A stretch of DNA of 64,000 bases from Chrysomallon squamiferum (taxonomy: Eukaryota > Animalia > Mollusca). The stretch lies in the NCBI GenBank assembly GCA_012295275.1, contig CM022679.1, forward strand, positions 18,538,001 through 18,602,000, written 5' to 3'. The position numbers and the translations under genes were made by a program. The stretch's first letter is position 1. The number at the start of each line of letters is the position of its first letter. Shown piece after piece: positions 1 through 15,200 of this stretch. The notes beneath the pieces were generated by a model. The model was not told the origin of the DNA. It searched no databases and was given only the letters and a program-made list of their open reading frames with translations.

Positions 1-257
1 TTTTATGTACTTTAGAATTATCTTAAATTAGTAATGTCTTGTGCGCATATAATGATTACAACTGCTTTCTTACATTCAGAAATAATTAACCTCCCCCCAA
101 CAAAAAAGAAAACAAACAAAAAAAAAATATGCGGATATAAACATCTTTCTTCCATGAACTGAAATTTTTAATTATTTTTTTGTTTAGACTATGTTTTCTT
201 ATTATGATGTTTTTAAAATGTATTTACTCTATATTTTCCATTTTTTTTTGTTCTCAG

Positions 258-3200
258 TTTTTATTGAAACATGAGAAATTTTCTCAACTGAGGGAGTTAT
301 CCAGATATCCAATGGCTCTTTGTCCATCACATCCAGGTAGTATTCAGGTTTTTTAATATGGTGCATTTGAGTAAATTGGATACTGAATTATGACACACAA
401 AGAACATTTACTAGTTTGGATCTAGCATATTTTTAGATTTAATATTTCCAGCAGAGTAATTTTTCTTTTTTCTTTTTGTCAAAAAGAAGATGCAGAATTG
501 AAGATTTTCATTGTTTGCGTTTAATACTGTTTTTTTAAAATTGTCTTTATTAAGTGAAGAATCCATCAAGTGGGTTATGTGACAGTGGGCTAATCATTGT
601 TGTATGTGTTTTGAAACCTCAACTTTTTGTCTTCAAATATAGAGGTACCTACTTAGGCAGAGTTATGTCTGAAGTGTTTTATATAGTTAGAGAGATAAAT
701 GGTATTTAATAATGGCTTTGCACAGAAAAATAATATAATATGTCAAAAAATATTAACAAATTGATGTTTCAGACAGTTTTAGAACAGTATGTACTATGAT
801 AGACCAAGTTATGCAATTACATCCTGGCATTGAACACTTCCATATAGGCTGTGATGAGGTGAGCATTATGACTAGTATCTTAAGAAAGGTTTTGATAAAA
901 CAACAGATATTTAAAACAAAATGAATTTGAAGTTGTAATTATTTTCTATTCATTGCATAAACCAGAGTTTACAAATAAAAGTTTCAGAAACTTCTAATTT
1001 TTAGGTAATAAAATAACTGTTTTAGAGATTTGTTTTAATAGTCAGCTGTTACCCTTAAATAAAAACTTGCTGAATAGAACATTTTAAAATCTGGTACTCT
1101 TAAGAAAATGTCCAGTCTTCACTTATTTTAATGTTTATTTAATTTCAAGGTTTATCATATTGGCCACTGTCCAGCTTGCAAGTCTAGAATGGTCAGTGGT
1201 AGCCATGGAATCCATCAAATGTTTTTCTCACATGTCACAGCTGTAGCCAAACATATTCGCACTATGCATCCTGCTGTGATACCACTGATCTGGGATGATA
1301 TGATGAGAAGTATAGAGCTGCCTGTTCTCATTGGTATATAGTAGAATTTCTTCATTATGACCATTTCAACTAATTTTAATAAAGCATTCTTAATGGATAT
1401 AATTATATTATATATAATTTATTACATATTTATTACTGTACAGATTTTTTTCCATTTTATTATCTAACCAGTGATCTCTTTTAAATCATAATGTATATAA
1501 ATTAGGTTTCTTTTTATGGTAAAAATTAGTTTGTTCTTTGATGAGCAACAGCTTAATTTTAAATTAACAATGCCCCTTCATTACAATAAACCTGGATATA
1601 ATTTGCTTTTCATATTTTCTAAACAGGCTATGTATATATCTTAAAATCTCTTTATAATTCTTTTTCTGGTGTCTGCAAGATAGACTCTGGATTGAAAGAT
1701 TTGGTGGAACCTATGATTTGGCATTATCTACCTTCATTTTCATTGCCTTCAGGTTTGTATGAATTGTAAATAAAGAGACATTTAAAATATATTCTGTCTG
1801 TGCATGTCTATTGTTTATTTTTTATTTATTTTTTTCTAGTAGGTACAACATTTTGAAAGTTTGAATGACCTAACTGAAACTACATTAATTTTATTAACAC
1901 AACTAAAATTGATTAATAATTCTTGTATTCTTTATTTTGTAGAAAATATAATTTTAATAATTATTCATTAATCATCCAGTATTTTTAATTACAGATTTGT
2001 TTGAAAGATTATCTAAAGTGTTTCCATGTGTCTGGCTAGCTAGTGCTTTCAAAGGTGCAACAGGTGTGTGTCGATATGTCACGGACATCACCTACCATAT
2101 TTCAAATCATCTCACATGGATGAATTCATTGGACAACATAAGATCAAAGTTCACACAGATAAAAGGAATTGTTTTAACAGGCTGGCAGAGGTAGCATTTA
2201 TTTCTCCATGTTTTAATAATATTTTAGATTATAATTTAAAAAACATTTTCTTCTTGTCTTTAGTTCTTACATTATTCACTGTTCCAGTGGTCATCATCCT
2301 AATGACATAATTTATTTAATAAATGGACAAAACATTCAGTAGTAACTAGATTTAAGAAATATAAATAAGTAAATAAATAAGTTAAAAAAATAAGTTAAAA
2401 AAAATAACATAGTTTTCTGCAAAATTTTATAACTGCCTTTTAAGCATTAATCCAAAACTTTAATGTTAGAAGTTGTGGACCATGTAGTTTTAATCATTAC
2501 ATCTTAAGTTAAATACAGTTTGTTTTGTAGATATGATCACTATGCTGTGCTATGTGAATTGCTACCCCAAGCCATTCCATCATTGGCTATGTGTCTTGCT
2601 ATACTCATTAATGGTCAGTTTTCTAAAATAATTTTAATTATTTAATTAGCTTTTATTTATTATAATTTGATAAATGTATAATTCCATTTTTGTTGTAATT
2701 TTACTGGAGTGCAGAAGAAAAAATAATCTTGAATGTTTATTTTTTTTAAACTCTAGCATCATTGTCATAGATACCTGTAAATTAATGGCAAGTATTAGAG
2801 ACTTAGCTGTGAAAAATTGTCATTTCTTTTATTATCAATGGTCACTTGCAATTGTAATAGAAGAATGCATATATGTTAGTAACTAAAAATGATCTGAACA
2901 TGGCAGAACATTAATTGAAACATTTTTTCAAATGTGGTAGCAGCCACAGCTTGAAATGTGAATTCTGTTTGGCCCAACAATTCTGAAAAGTTACTTTATC
3001 GTGAATGCAATGCATTTTTTGTAGATGAATGTGGTAAGTGCTTTTAAGACATACATGTGTGATACACACATTTAAAAGAAAATCAAGTTTTGTAAATTTG
3101 GCCCATAATGTTTAATAAACATTGTTATTTTATACATTTTTTGTAACTCAAGATTCAAATAAAATACGTCAGGGGGTTTGGCATCTGAACTCTACATGTT

Positions 3201-5236
3201 TATTAATTTTATAGTTACATAGTTTTTATATTAAGTCATAATCAATTTTTCAGGTGAGTTTACTCCAGAGATGCACACATCAGTCTCCCATCAGCTCAAC
3301 TTCACTTCCTTGCTACCTCTTAATCCTTTTCATAGGTACTTGGTTGTTGTTTTTTTGTATACATATGTATAAGTGAGTAAGTTAATAATAGCAAATAATT
3401 GTTCTTATTGTTTATGCTAAGCACAGGATAGAAATATGAATGTTATTTTAGTTTAATCACTCAGTGAAATAACTATTAACCAAATATTTTTTAGTTAAAA
3501 TGTTTCACTAACACAATCAAAAATATATAATATTATAATTGTTTTCTGCTTAATTTATTGACTTCTATTATTCTGTTTTAATTTTTAATTCTTTTTATAT
3601 TTAACTTGCTGATATCTTTTTTTTTCACTTTTGGTTTGTATGCTTTTTTATCCAAGCTAAGATCAGTTTGTTATTCTCATTTTAGTAATGAAGTTATCCC
3701 TTGCAACTTTCCTGGAAGTGATATCTACTGTTTGATGCTGGAATGTCTGAAGTTGGAATCAAGATATGAAGAATTTTTACACAATGACATGTATGTATTT
3801 ACAGCAAATCCTATTTTAGGTTTTTTAAGGTAACACCACTTATAAATTGCTACCTTTTTTTCAAAGACTTAATTTCACTTAACATAGTCAAAATAAGAAT
3901 TATTAAAACAAAAAATTAAATATTTGCCAACTGAGATAATGTTTCAACTCAAGGTCAGATTGAAGTATGATGAGGTTCAACTGCATTGAAATAATTATTA
4001 TTATTATTTTTTTATATGATCTTTTTCATATTTATTTTTAATCCAATAAACTGATAAAAAGAAACTAACTTGAAATATTAAAATTCAAAAGGGTCATAAT
4101 CATGCATACACTTGAGATGAACAAAGTAACAGTAAGAACTATTTTGAGACACTGAAGATCACAAGGGGAAAAAGATCATGATCATCATCAACTGCTATGA
4201 AAGGAAATTATAAAATGATTGAAACAGAGTAAATATTTATAGAATGGACGGAAAAAAAAAAAACAAAAAAAAACAAGAGTCCATTAGATGCATTGGTTTC
4301 CAAAGTACTTTTGGTTAAATGTTTTGTAGGGATATAAATCGTGCATGATAATTTACAATTTTTTTTATTTTGATCTGTTCCATTTTAATATTATATTGGT
4401 AATTAAACAGAAATAAAAATGATTACATTATTTATACTTTTTTATACATATTTTTATGTTCAATTAACGCAGCATTTTGGGTTGGAATGTGGGAAATTGC
4501 TTTATTATTAATTTTCATGTCAAAAGACAGTTGCATCCAGTTTTTATTGTATATATTTCCACAAAAAGTTTCTTAAATTTATAAAAAAATAAATTTCTCA
4601 AAAAAAGAATTATTACATGTTACATTGTTTATCATCTGTTATCATCTTTAGGTATGTAGCATGGATGAATGAATACAATGTCAAACGGAACTTTGTTAAT
4701 GTGTTGTATATAGAACCAATAATTGGAGAATCTGTTAAGTAAGTTAAATTAATCTGATATTTGTTCTTTTAATGAAATCATTTAAACCAACTAGATTGAT
4801 CAAAATTTCCTTTTTCTTTTTGATTAAAATCTTGTTTTCCTAAGAAAAAGAAAACATATATTTATATAATTATTTGATTGTATTAATGGCCATTATTCAT
4901 ATTATGATGTATCTATCATTTTTTTCTTCTCTTTTTTGATGTTAATACTTTTTTAAAGTTATGTTTAAAGCAGAAATTCAGTTTTATGAAACCTCAGATT
5001 TTTAATTTATTTATATATTTATTTATTTTGAATTATTTACTTTGGACAGGATTCTGGAAAAACTTGTTGACTTACAAGCCAATCTACAAAAAGCACTTGC
5101 AGTCATTTTCTACGACAACACAGTGATTGAATGGGTGCAAGTTGTGTTAACACCAAAGATTAAGAAGATGTCTGAAGTAGCAGAGACTGGACAAAAACTG
5201 TTAAGTCAAATCAACAATAGTCAGATGATCTCTTGA
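258..5236 (+). CDS. HEXD: Hexosaminidase D (GH20 family), 5'-partial, 10 exons in window
   Basis: GT-AG exons 258-336, 773-858, 1150-1333, 1684-1752, 1995-2190, 2531-2613, 3254-3335, 3686-3790, 4652-4738, 5050-5236 join in frame (1158 nt). Motifs: FHIGCDEVY (GH20 catalytic DE), [34 protein letters not shown]. Start lies upstream of the window. Confidence 0.93.
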
Positions 5237-8200
5237 TATTATGTTGTCAGTAACACTGTGGAATTAGTAATCAAACTTGAAATCATCCAGTGGAATTTTC
5301 AAACAGCCCTCAAAACAGGAATTTTAATTCCACATATTTCAGTACAAATTAAATATTGCTTACTCTGAAAACTAAACTCAGTTTATTTTTGTTAATATTA
5401 AAAGCATTTTAAAACTGCCCACTTATATGCTAAAAACCAAATTTGCTGTTATAATTTTCTGTTAATGCTGTAATAATAATAAAAATAATAACAACAACAA
5501 CAGTTATTATTTTATTAAACATTTAATCATGTTTATCAATAGAAAATATTTTACTTGTGACTTAACCCACAGATTATTTTAATTGTTTGATATTACTAGT
5601 TTGAACTGAATGAAATACTAAATCCATGTTTTAATAAAAAGTCTTTCATCTTCCTAGCAAAGATATGTAAAAATCTAAATTGATCATTGACTCACATTTT
5701 AGAACAACAAAGGAACTGTCAAATTTTAATTATTACATTTTCTGTTTATATTAATCTTATTTATTTCTACTGTGTCTGCAGAAAATAATAATCATAAATA
5801 TTGAAATTTTATTGTCCACCTTAAATCTACTTAATTCTGAAGTATAACAGACAACATTTCTTACTTTACTTTGTGGTGGGAAGTCGAACATCAGTCTCTG
5901 GAAACACCAATCTCTTTCAGCAAAGACATTTAAATATGAATAATGAACAGTTTCTTTTATGTCTTGCTAGTTGTTTTGCTAGGCAAAATTATGGATCTTT
6001 GTTTAGAATTATTGTGCTTTTTTTTAATGCAAATTAGGTGGTCAATTAGGTGATGACTTAGATGTGTATCTCCAAAACTAATTAAGATAATTGAAATGTT
6101 CATTTGTGTTTATTCATCTTTTTTCATTTAGCTAAATAACATAATTTTGTCAAATGGGTTTGGTATTCATGATTTACCTGTGTGTCATCATAATTTTGTT
6201 GCAGGAAACAGTAGCTAAGAAGTTTTGAAAAAGTTTCTGATATGAAGAATTTATCAGAAAATTCCTAAACTGGCTGTTGTTTATTTTAAAAATGTGTTTA
6301 GTTTGGTCAAAAAATAAAAAGAGAGAATTATTATATAATAATATGACAAAGATAACTAAATATTTGATGCATTTTTCCTGTTTTACCTAATGATACAGAC
6401 CAATTTTTATGGCCAGCAAGATGCCACTAAATAAGGTTAAGTAAAAAATTCAGTCAAATGCAAACATGATTTCATAAAGTTTATTCGATGAAACACTAAC
6501 TGCAGGATGCTTTTAAAGTATTCAAACTGGCTAACAAATTCAAGGTAAAATATTGTCTTTGTCACATTTTTGCACTTACTCATTTCTGTATTATTTATAT
6601 TATTATATGTTTTGTGGCATTCTATAGTTTTAGTTCAGGAATCATATGTCTGCAAATATATTTTTACATTAAGGAACATTATGTCAAATACTGTTACAAA
6701 TGTGACTCCCCCCAAAACAACAACAAACAAACAAAAATACTATCAGGATTGTTGGATATTTTGCTAAATTGGTTGAATGACTGTTTATGCATTTGGCTAA
6801 AAATTGTTAAAAACAGCCCAAAATTCATGATAATTTTTTATGTGTGTGTGCCAGTTCTTCTTATGACTGCCCATAAAAGACACTAAGAGGTATTAGAAAA
6901 CTCATTTTTAAAAGATTGACCAACACTGCTTTCACCATTTAAGCTCTACATATATAATTCTTGAAAATTATTATTTTATTTTTTTATAAAAGTCCATTTA
7001 TGAAAGATGGCATATATGTTTCATTGGTATAATTCAGCAAACTTTTGTTTATTTCAATCCCTGTTTTATGTGTTTTTTGAGATCTATGTTTAAGGCCATA
7101 AATACTAACATGTTGTTTGTAATACATAATGCACGGTCCAGTCAAAAAGATGATCTTCCCATTTTTAATATAAATCTATTTACCAGATGCAGACACAATA
7201 CAGCCATGCGACAAGAAATATGAATCAATAAATCCTTATATGGATTAAGTTAAACAATTTTGCTCTTTTTGTGATTTAATTAGAATTTTTGCCCATATAT
7301 ATTGCACTAAATATCTAAGGATTTCATTCCTTGAACATTTCCTACTAGTTTTACCAATAAATAATAATAATACAACAAAGTATGCATGCGCACACTCTCT
7401 CTCTCAAGAAAGGTGTATGTGAGGTGCAGTTTTATCCATGAGCTTTATTTTGGGAGGATTTTTTGGTACAACTGTTCTCAAATGAAATTTCAGTATGCTC
7501 TCTTGTGCAGTAGGCATCTTGTCAAAATGGGTGTGATGTGAACATTGATGTGGGTTTACAGAGTCAAAGCAACTAATTTAAATAAGAAAATATGTCCAAT
7601 ATGGATGGATTAAAAGTGCATTTATTGTTGTATTATCTTGGTAATAGGTAAAAGGATTCCCAAGCCTTAGCATGGATTTGGTTGGGTGCCTTTGAGACCA
7701 AAAACTTCAGTGACATGTAAGCTTGTTGTGTTTGATGACAGTATTTTCATTGTTTATGAAATTTCTTCACATGGACAGATGAGAGTTGTGTGTAAATATT
7801 AAAATAAATCTTAGTGACAATCATATATAGATATACCATGTGAAGAATGCAGAACTTAATATACTGAATATATAAATGTATTTATTTTGTGCTGTCTCAT
7901 AACTGAGAACAGAACCCCCAGTCAAAACATAATTCAAGCTCAAGCATCACTAGTACAGAGCTGGTTGTAAAAACTAATACAAGTCATGCAGATGTCTAGG
8001 CTTGAATTAAAGCATGTTGAAAAATCAGACATTCAAGTAATAAATAAGCTGTTTTTCAGATCAACTATTTTAGGTCAAAATCAACAAAATGCACTTCAGA
8101 AGAAACTTGATCATTGTGAATTTGTCCATTGATACATACATTCATAAATTCTCTCATCTTTTATTCATTGCAGATTTTGGACATGGTTAAAAGATGCTAA

Positions 8201-9248
8201 CAACATTTGAATCTGCAGGTAAACACTAATAATTTTGTCCTAACATTTCTGTGTTTGCACCTGGCTTATGATTTCTGAGTTCAGACAACAGTATAAGCAA
8301 CAGAAGAATGAAGAAAGAAAACATTTTCAATTTGTTTTATTTAAAATAAGCAAAAACTGAAGTGATCTATATTACTAACAAGACATTTTGTTCAGTTGTT
8401 TCTTCAATATTTAAACATACAGCTGTATTGAAATATATCAACTTTTTAAAAATTGTTTAAAAAGAAACAACAAAAAAAACCCCAAAACACAGTCATCCCA
8501 AAACCTAACAACAATGCATGAAAATAACCAAGTTTAAAGTATCTTTTTCTACTTAGAAAATGTTACCTGATTCATAATGGATTTTTTCAGAGTTGAATAA
8601 AAAAATATCTATGTAACTACTTCTTTCATCTAATAAAAATACAAAAGTACAAAATACTTTGTATGAAATATGTATACAAACTGTAACTGACCACTTTGTA
8701 GTATTCTAGTCAAATTTATTTCTAATCCATATACCACATGATAAAAACACACACAAAATAATAAGTCACAGTACTGGTGATAATTTAATGCAAACAGATC
8801 AGTATAGATAAAATTATTTTATTCAAATTTGTTAGTAAGAAGCAGAAGCAACTAAAAAGATAACTTAAAAAAGTATTATGCAATCAACTGATTAGTGGAT
8901 TTCAACAAAACCAGGTGTAGATTAAATACAATTGATATCCAAAAATATAATCGGTGGAATCGGTACAGTCTTTCTTGAAAACCAAATTAAGTAAACTAGT
9001 AACAGTCACTGAAGTTTATAACAATGTCCAGTTAATATACTATGCTAATTTAGATAAATTATTAGATACATTTTTTTTTTTAAATAAAACTGTAGTATTA
9101 CTAATTAGATTTAACCTTAATATAATTATCAAACAAAAAAGTTGTGGTATTCTACGCAATTTTTAGTAATTTTTAATAGCAGTGGCTGTTAATGAAGTTA
9201 AAAGTGTTCTAAATAAAAATTTAAAAAAGTATTTTTCTTCCTGCTGCT

Positions 9249-12200
9249 TTATTTATCACCTGAAATGTGAAGGAAAAATTGAATTTTTATTTATATGTAT
9301 GTGTAAATGCACAAAACGTTTTTAAAAAAAACTGTTTTGGGAAAACAATAAAAAATGGCCTCCAGTCACTCTGTTACTATCTTTTGTTATCAACATCAAA
9401 TCTCTAATATTGAATTACATTTAAATATATCAATAATTATTAAAAACACATCTCATTAAATCATATTCTCCCATTCATATTTTTCCTGTAACATATGTAA
9501 CTTAAATCACTCAATAATACTATCATACCATTTACAATGTAATATGTACCCCATGCTGCTCTGCATCAGGTATGAAATACATTTACAAGTTTATTTGTTT
9601 ATATTCAGTCTTACCTAAATATGATACAATATATTACCTTTCATCCACATGGGCCCTCTTCTAAAGGCTTTCAGAAAGTAGAGAGTATTGTTAATCTTCT
9701 GCTGGCACAACCCAATAGCCTATGAAAAAGAAAAGAAAAAATAATTCACAGAATTTGTAGATTTTAGTAATAACCTGGGTAACATTATATCAATTTTTTA
9801 ATTACAATTATGAAAACGACAACCCTTACTGAAAGAAATTCAGATATTGTGGATGCTAACTAAATTACTTTTTTTTAATTATGTACCTTTTATCAAAAGA
9901 ATTAGTGCACACAAAATAGAGAAACTGTTATAATGGCAGGCCAAAGCATGATAATGATGAAGTCATTATTAATTTACTACTAAACTAGTAAAGGAAATAA
10001 TTGAAATATCTTTATTAATTGAGGTGGTATTCAATCAATATAATTTGAAGTATGTCATACAAGTATGATGTGAAATGTACTCGTGTCTTTAGAAAACATG
10101 GCCTACTTGACAAATCTGCTTTGCTGAGTACTCCTGGGCAATTAAATCCATAACAAGTTGCACATACTTGGTCACAAAGGCATCACACTGTTAAGTAAAT
10201 AAGTTAATATTAAAACTATTTCAAAGTTAAAATACAATTATCAACTTTAGAAACTATTATATTATTCCTGTTTTAAGAAAACATACAGAAATCCTCAGAA
10301 ATCATTTTATTATATGAAATGAATAAATGTGAAATATACTGGTATATTATAACAGATTATTTACATTTTACCATGAAGGATGTTATATATCACCTACAGT
10401 ATAGCCTTTTGTTTTTAACATACGGTTTCTGACTTGTGACAATGTTGTTCTGATCAATTAGTCATAGACTGCTTTGGATGCAAGATGGACATCCACATTT
10501 ACAGAATCCATGTTTAGTACTATATAGAGTATTTAAACACATAACCTTAAATCATATACATACATGTATTCTTTTTCAGTAAAACTTTAATCAGTTTAAA
10601 TCAGTTTGCACTACAAATGTTTTGGTACTTCACTACTTGCTACATTTTTATTGCAGTTAATAACATGTTAACTGTACGTCCACTTGGATTAAACTGACAT
10701 ATACTTCACTTGCTGACCTATATGCAGAATATAAAAACAAACTTGAATTTTCAGTGTCACACACTCAAGATGTCTCCAAACTGCATATGATTAATTTTGT
10801 GCATCTTTTTGAGCACTGCATTTCTACTTTGACGAAGACATTACAAAATGTTTTAAATAATCAAATCAGTATGATACCAATTTACCAGAATATAGAAATC
10901 TTGTATGGACAGAACACTGGATAGCAGTAAGTATAGGTTACAACAAGATGCAAAATGTGAATTGCCAGTTTTAAAAAAGTGTACAAAATTCTGAAACGCA
11001 CTTGTCAGACTAATAAGGAACTATTAGCTTTAGCTGAAGGATCACTGTCAGCTGTGCAGTTGTAAAGTCAAACAGTTGTAAGTTGTATAGGTCATAAGCT
11101 GCCATCTGTATGTTTTGTATACTGACATCACTCAACATTACTTTATGCATTGGATAATATTTATAAAACTGACTTATTTACACATCACAATCTCTATGAT
11201 GTGTAGCACAAGATATCACAGTTTTTAAATTTTAGGTACATTTTCTTGAATACTACTGAACATGAAACTATCTATATGCATATGAAATCTAATTTGAAGC
11301 AGAGGATGCCGATTAGAAAAACTTACTTCTTTTGCTATTTCATCAGGTAGCTGTTTGCAGATATCCTCAAGCAGAGCTTTCACTTGCTGTATTGTGGCAT
11401 TTTGCTTTATGTAGCCAAGGAAGACATCCATCATTTCTGTGCAGATGTCGCAGACAGCATCATTCGACTTGACAAGTTTAATAGCTGAATAAAATTTTAT
11501 CCATACAGTCAAATTAAGCACAGCATAGTTTTACAATATTTCATACAGTATCCTGTTGGCACATCAGCATACATTTGTTAATGTTCTTTATTTGTATTCA
11601 TTCTATTTATGTAATAACTACACTCTGTGATCAAAAACAATACCTACCACTGACAACAGAACTGGTGCAGAGTTTAAGGGCAGTGCAAACTTTCAGTGGA
11701 TCCAGTTCCTGTACAAGCAGTTGGATGATGGCTGCTCCATAGGCACTGACAAAATCCTTACATTCTTGTGTGATAGTGTCTGGCAGAATGTTACAAACTT
11801 CATCCAGGGCCTTCTCGACAGCAGCCTGTCAAATTTAATATTAATAATATATCTCCTGTGCATAAAATGATCATGTATTATATATTAATGGTCTTAAACA
11901 GATAAATTGCACCTGTTTAATAGCATATTACATTTTACCTCTAGTGCCTGTTATTTTTATTTTGAATGATTTTAATACTTTGTCATATATATATGGATGA
12001 TATGTATCTATACTGAGTCAAACTTGGTTAATTTGGGCACTGATTTCTCAAGAACCTTGTTGATCTATTGAATAGAAAGTCAAAATCCTAAACAAGTTAG
12101 TAATAACAACCTTCAAATAATCAAATGTTGAGACATCAAAAGCCTTTATTTATTCAGTTGCTTACAGTCCAAGATTACTGGAAATAACGAATGGCAAAGT

Positions 12201-15200
12201 TATAGTTTACCTTGATAAAGACAGAACAATGGGTTGTTGAACGTTGAACATTCTCATGAAATGTTAAGAAATGTACGGAATTACAGACAGTAACTTTGAC
12301 AGTAACTTTGATAATGACATTTTTAACTATGCTGATTTTTAAAACTTGTTAACTGTCACATTTCTGTTAGAAGTACATATATTAATTACTTAGTTATAGT
12401 ACTTGTTTTGTAGAATGTTTGATTTAAAATAGATTTACTGGGTATATAATTTTAAATATACATCCAGTGTTATTAACACTTTAGTATGGATTGATTGGGT
12501 TCTGTATATTTTTGAATCAGAAAATACATGAACTTGGTATTTATTTCCAATTATGTGTTTCAGATTATGTTTTTGGTAATATATGCATATGTATGTATTA
12601 GATTATAAAGAAATACATTTGCATATATGTGTGTCAAACTCATTTGAGTTGTATCTATTATTTACTTTGTAATATATTTAGTTTAACAAATATGCAATGT
12701 GAAATGAACCATACTTGACCACATTCAGCTTGACTTATCAAAGTCTGACTGAATGTGTGTGTGTGTGTATGTCCTGCAATCACAATAAATAATGGGAAGA
12801 TATGATGACTAAACAAACCAGACAGACCAAAAATATAGGGCATTTGTGTTTTTTTGACAGAACTGTTTTTATACTGATAAATTACTTCTAAAAAAGTTTT
12901 CATTAAAAAAAAGAAAAGAAATGAAACTAAATTGTTATTTATATTTTTTTCATCTGAAAATGAAATACTCAAACCCACCACTTTTAAAAGTTGATGAAAA
13001 ATGTAACAGTTAATTTCAATTAATTTTTTTATTCTTTAGGACTGCAGGATAAAAGAAATAACTGGTTACTTTTTATCAACTTTATCATGCAAAAGTTAGA
13101 ACACCCTGATGTCATTTAGTAGGTTTTATTATTTGGAATTGGATTTGTCAAAAGTGCAAATCTGACCATTTCCTCATACTCTGATATTGATATAGCTATT
13201 AGAACCTGAGCATGAATAATTAAAAATGCACAAAATTGAGGAATAGTGAAATACATGTATTTAAAATAATCATGTAAGTGGTCATTTCCTTAAAATGAAC
13301 CCCCCCCAAAAAATGAAACTATTTATGATAAACTGTTAAATTGTATTATAGCTGGTCACATATCAAGCTACCTTGCCGATACAAAAATATTTTCTGTCTA
13401 AACTTAATTTAAAGTGTGTTTAAAGTTCAGTTTGTGAATCAGTAATGTGAAAAACAGATTAATTTTATTCACATGACATTGTACTTTGATGAAAGATTTT
13501 GAAAATAAAAAAAAATTGTTTAAATAGGAAAGAGACAAACATCAAACGATTAAAATTAACTCTTTTAAGAAATGATTACAATTAACTAAAGCTTTTTCAG
13601 AACAAATTCTATCTTTTTTGCTTGCTATTTATTAACATTATTAACTAACCTCTGATCTGTTCGATCCAATCATTGTGTCAATTTCTTTCATGATAAACTC
13701 ACAGAGGATGCAGGCTGGGTTTGCAGATGCCTTTTTCTCTGCTGGTTTAACTATTTCCTGTATAGTATTGATATGAGTTAGTGACGACTTCAGAGACGCT
13801 CGGTGAAGATGGATTTCAGTTTTCTGTGATGGCTGATTGCAGAAACCAAAGAAATTGCAAACTGCCTTGGGATCCTTTACGCAAAAATTAATGAAAAGAA
13901 TTATATAATACTGAGAAAGATATGGTCTATTAGAAAAAGCAATACAGTTAACTGACATCTCACTCGAGGAATACATTTGAAAGGAAAATATTTTTAAAAT
14001 TTTTAAATCTTGACAGATGATAAATTTATGGTTAGTGTAATGATAATCTGGAATGAATAATTAAAATGAATAAGTCAAGGAATGGTAACATAAATAAATA
14101 TAAATTAACAGTTCAATCATTATTCAAGTGGATACTAACCAATTCATTGGCCAGAAATTCAAACATACTTTGATCATACGCATCAACATACGTCTTGCAC
14201 TTAAAAATAAATTGTAAAAGATTGAGAATTCATTGTATTAAAATACATCAATCAGCAAAGAATGGTTAATGAATTATTGCAAATTGTTTATCAATATACA
14301 AATTGAAAAAACTATCTGCTAACAATGTTAGTTTTTAAACATTTTATAAAGTATAACTAATTATACTGTAAATTTTATTATTTTATTGTTAAAAATAGAT
14401 TTGTAGTTTATGCACACTCAAATATCTGCTATTGAAATATTTTAAAAACAAAATAAAATGTGAAAATGTACCTCAGCTTGGAAATTTCCCAGCAGAGTGC
14501 ACACATCAGTTCTTAAGAAGTTTATGACTGCCTGCTGAAAATTAAGTTGAATAAAAACATTAAACCTCTCAAATCCTATCAGATTGATCACTTGTAAGAT
14601 CTAGTGAATTTCTAACTGCATTTTTGTTATATTCTTTTTTTTTTTATTCATTTGTGTAATAAAATCATGTTCAGGTAACCGGTAAGCATGGGACTAGGTA
14701 ACACACATTTTCAGATTATACCTTTTACGAGTCACATAAATAACTGCCTTCTTCAGTATAGCGAGTGGGGTGCATATTTCATTTTTTGGATTTCCACAAC
14801 CAATTTTATTTTCTGATGGCCTTTTAGACTTTATATAAAAATTAAAAACTTTGGGATAAATAATCACATAAATGTAGAGAAGAGCACGCTTACACAGTAA
14901 TGTTTTATTGACATCTATGCCATGAAAATTAAAACAAAGTGGCCAAAAGGCAAGCTTCCAAGTAGATCAAAAACTAGCCAGTTTACTGGTAGTATGACAA
15001 TACTTTTATTATTAAATTTTGCATGAAAAAGAACTGATTATACCCTAAATAACTGATCTGTTTGAAAATGGATTGATGTTTTATAAAGATTAAAAACAGC
15101 TGGAGATGAGAATTCAATTTTTAAATATTTACTGCAGCTCCAACAGATAAGTAATGTACATTTCATATTTCATAAAAGTCTCTTTCATGTTTATTAAACT

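Noticed and set aside
5300-9200. ORFs 6570-6767, 6614-6886 and 8954-9166
   Set aside because: Short AT-rich ORFs in the 3' UTR/intergenic space between convergent genes, with no motifs or consistent splice sites.
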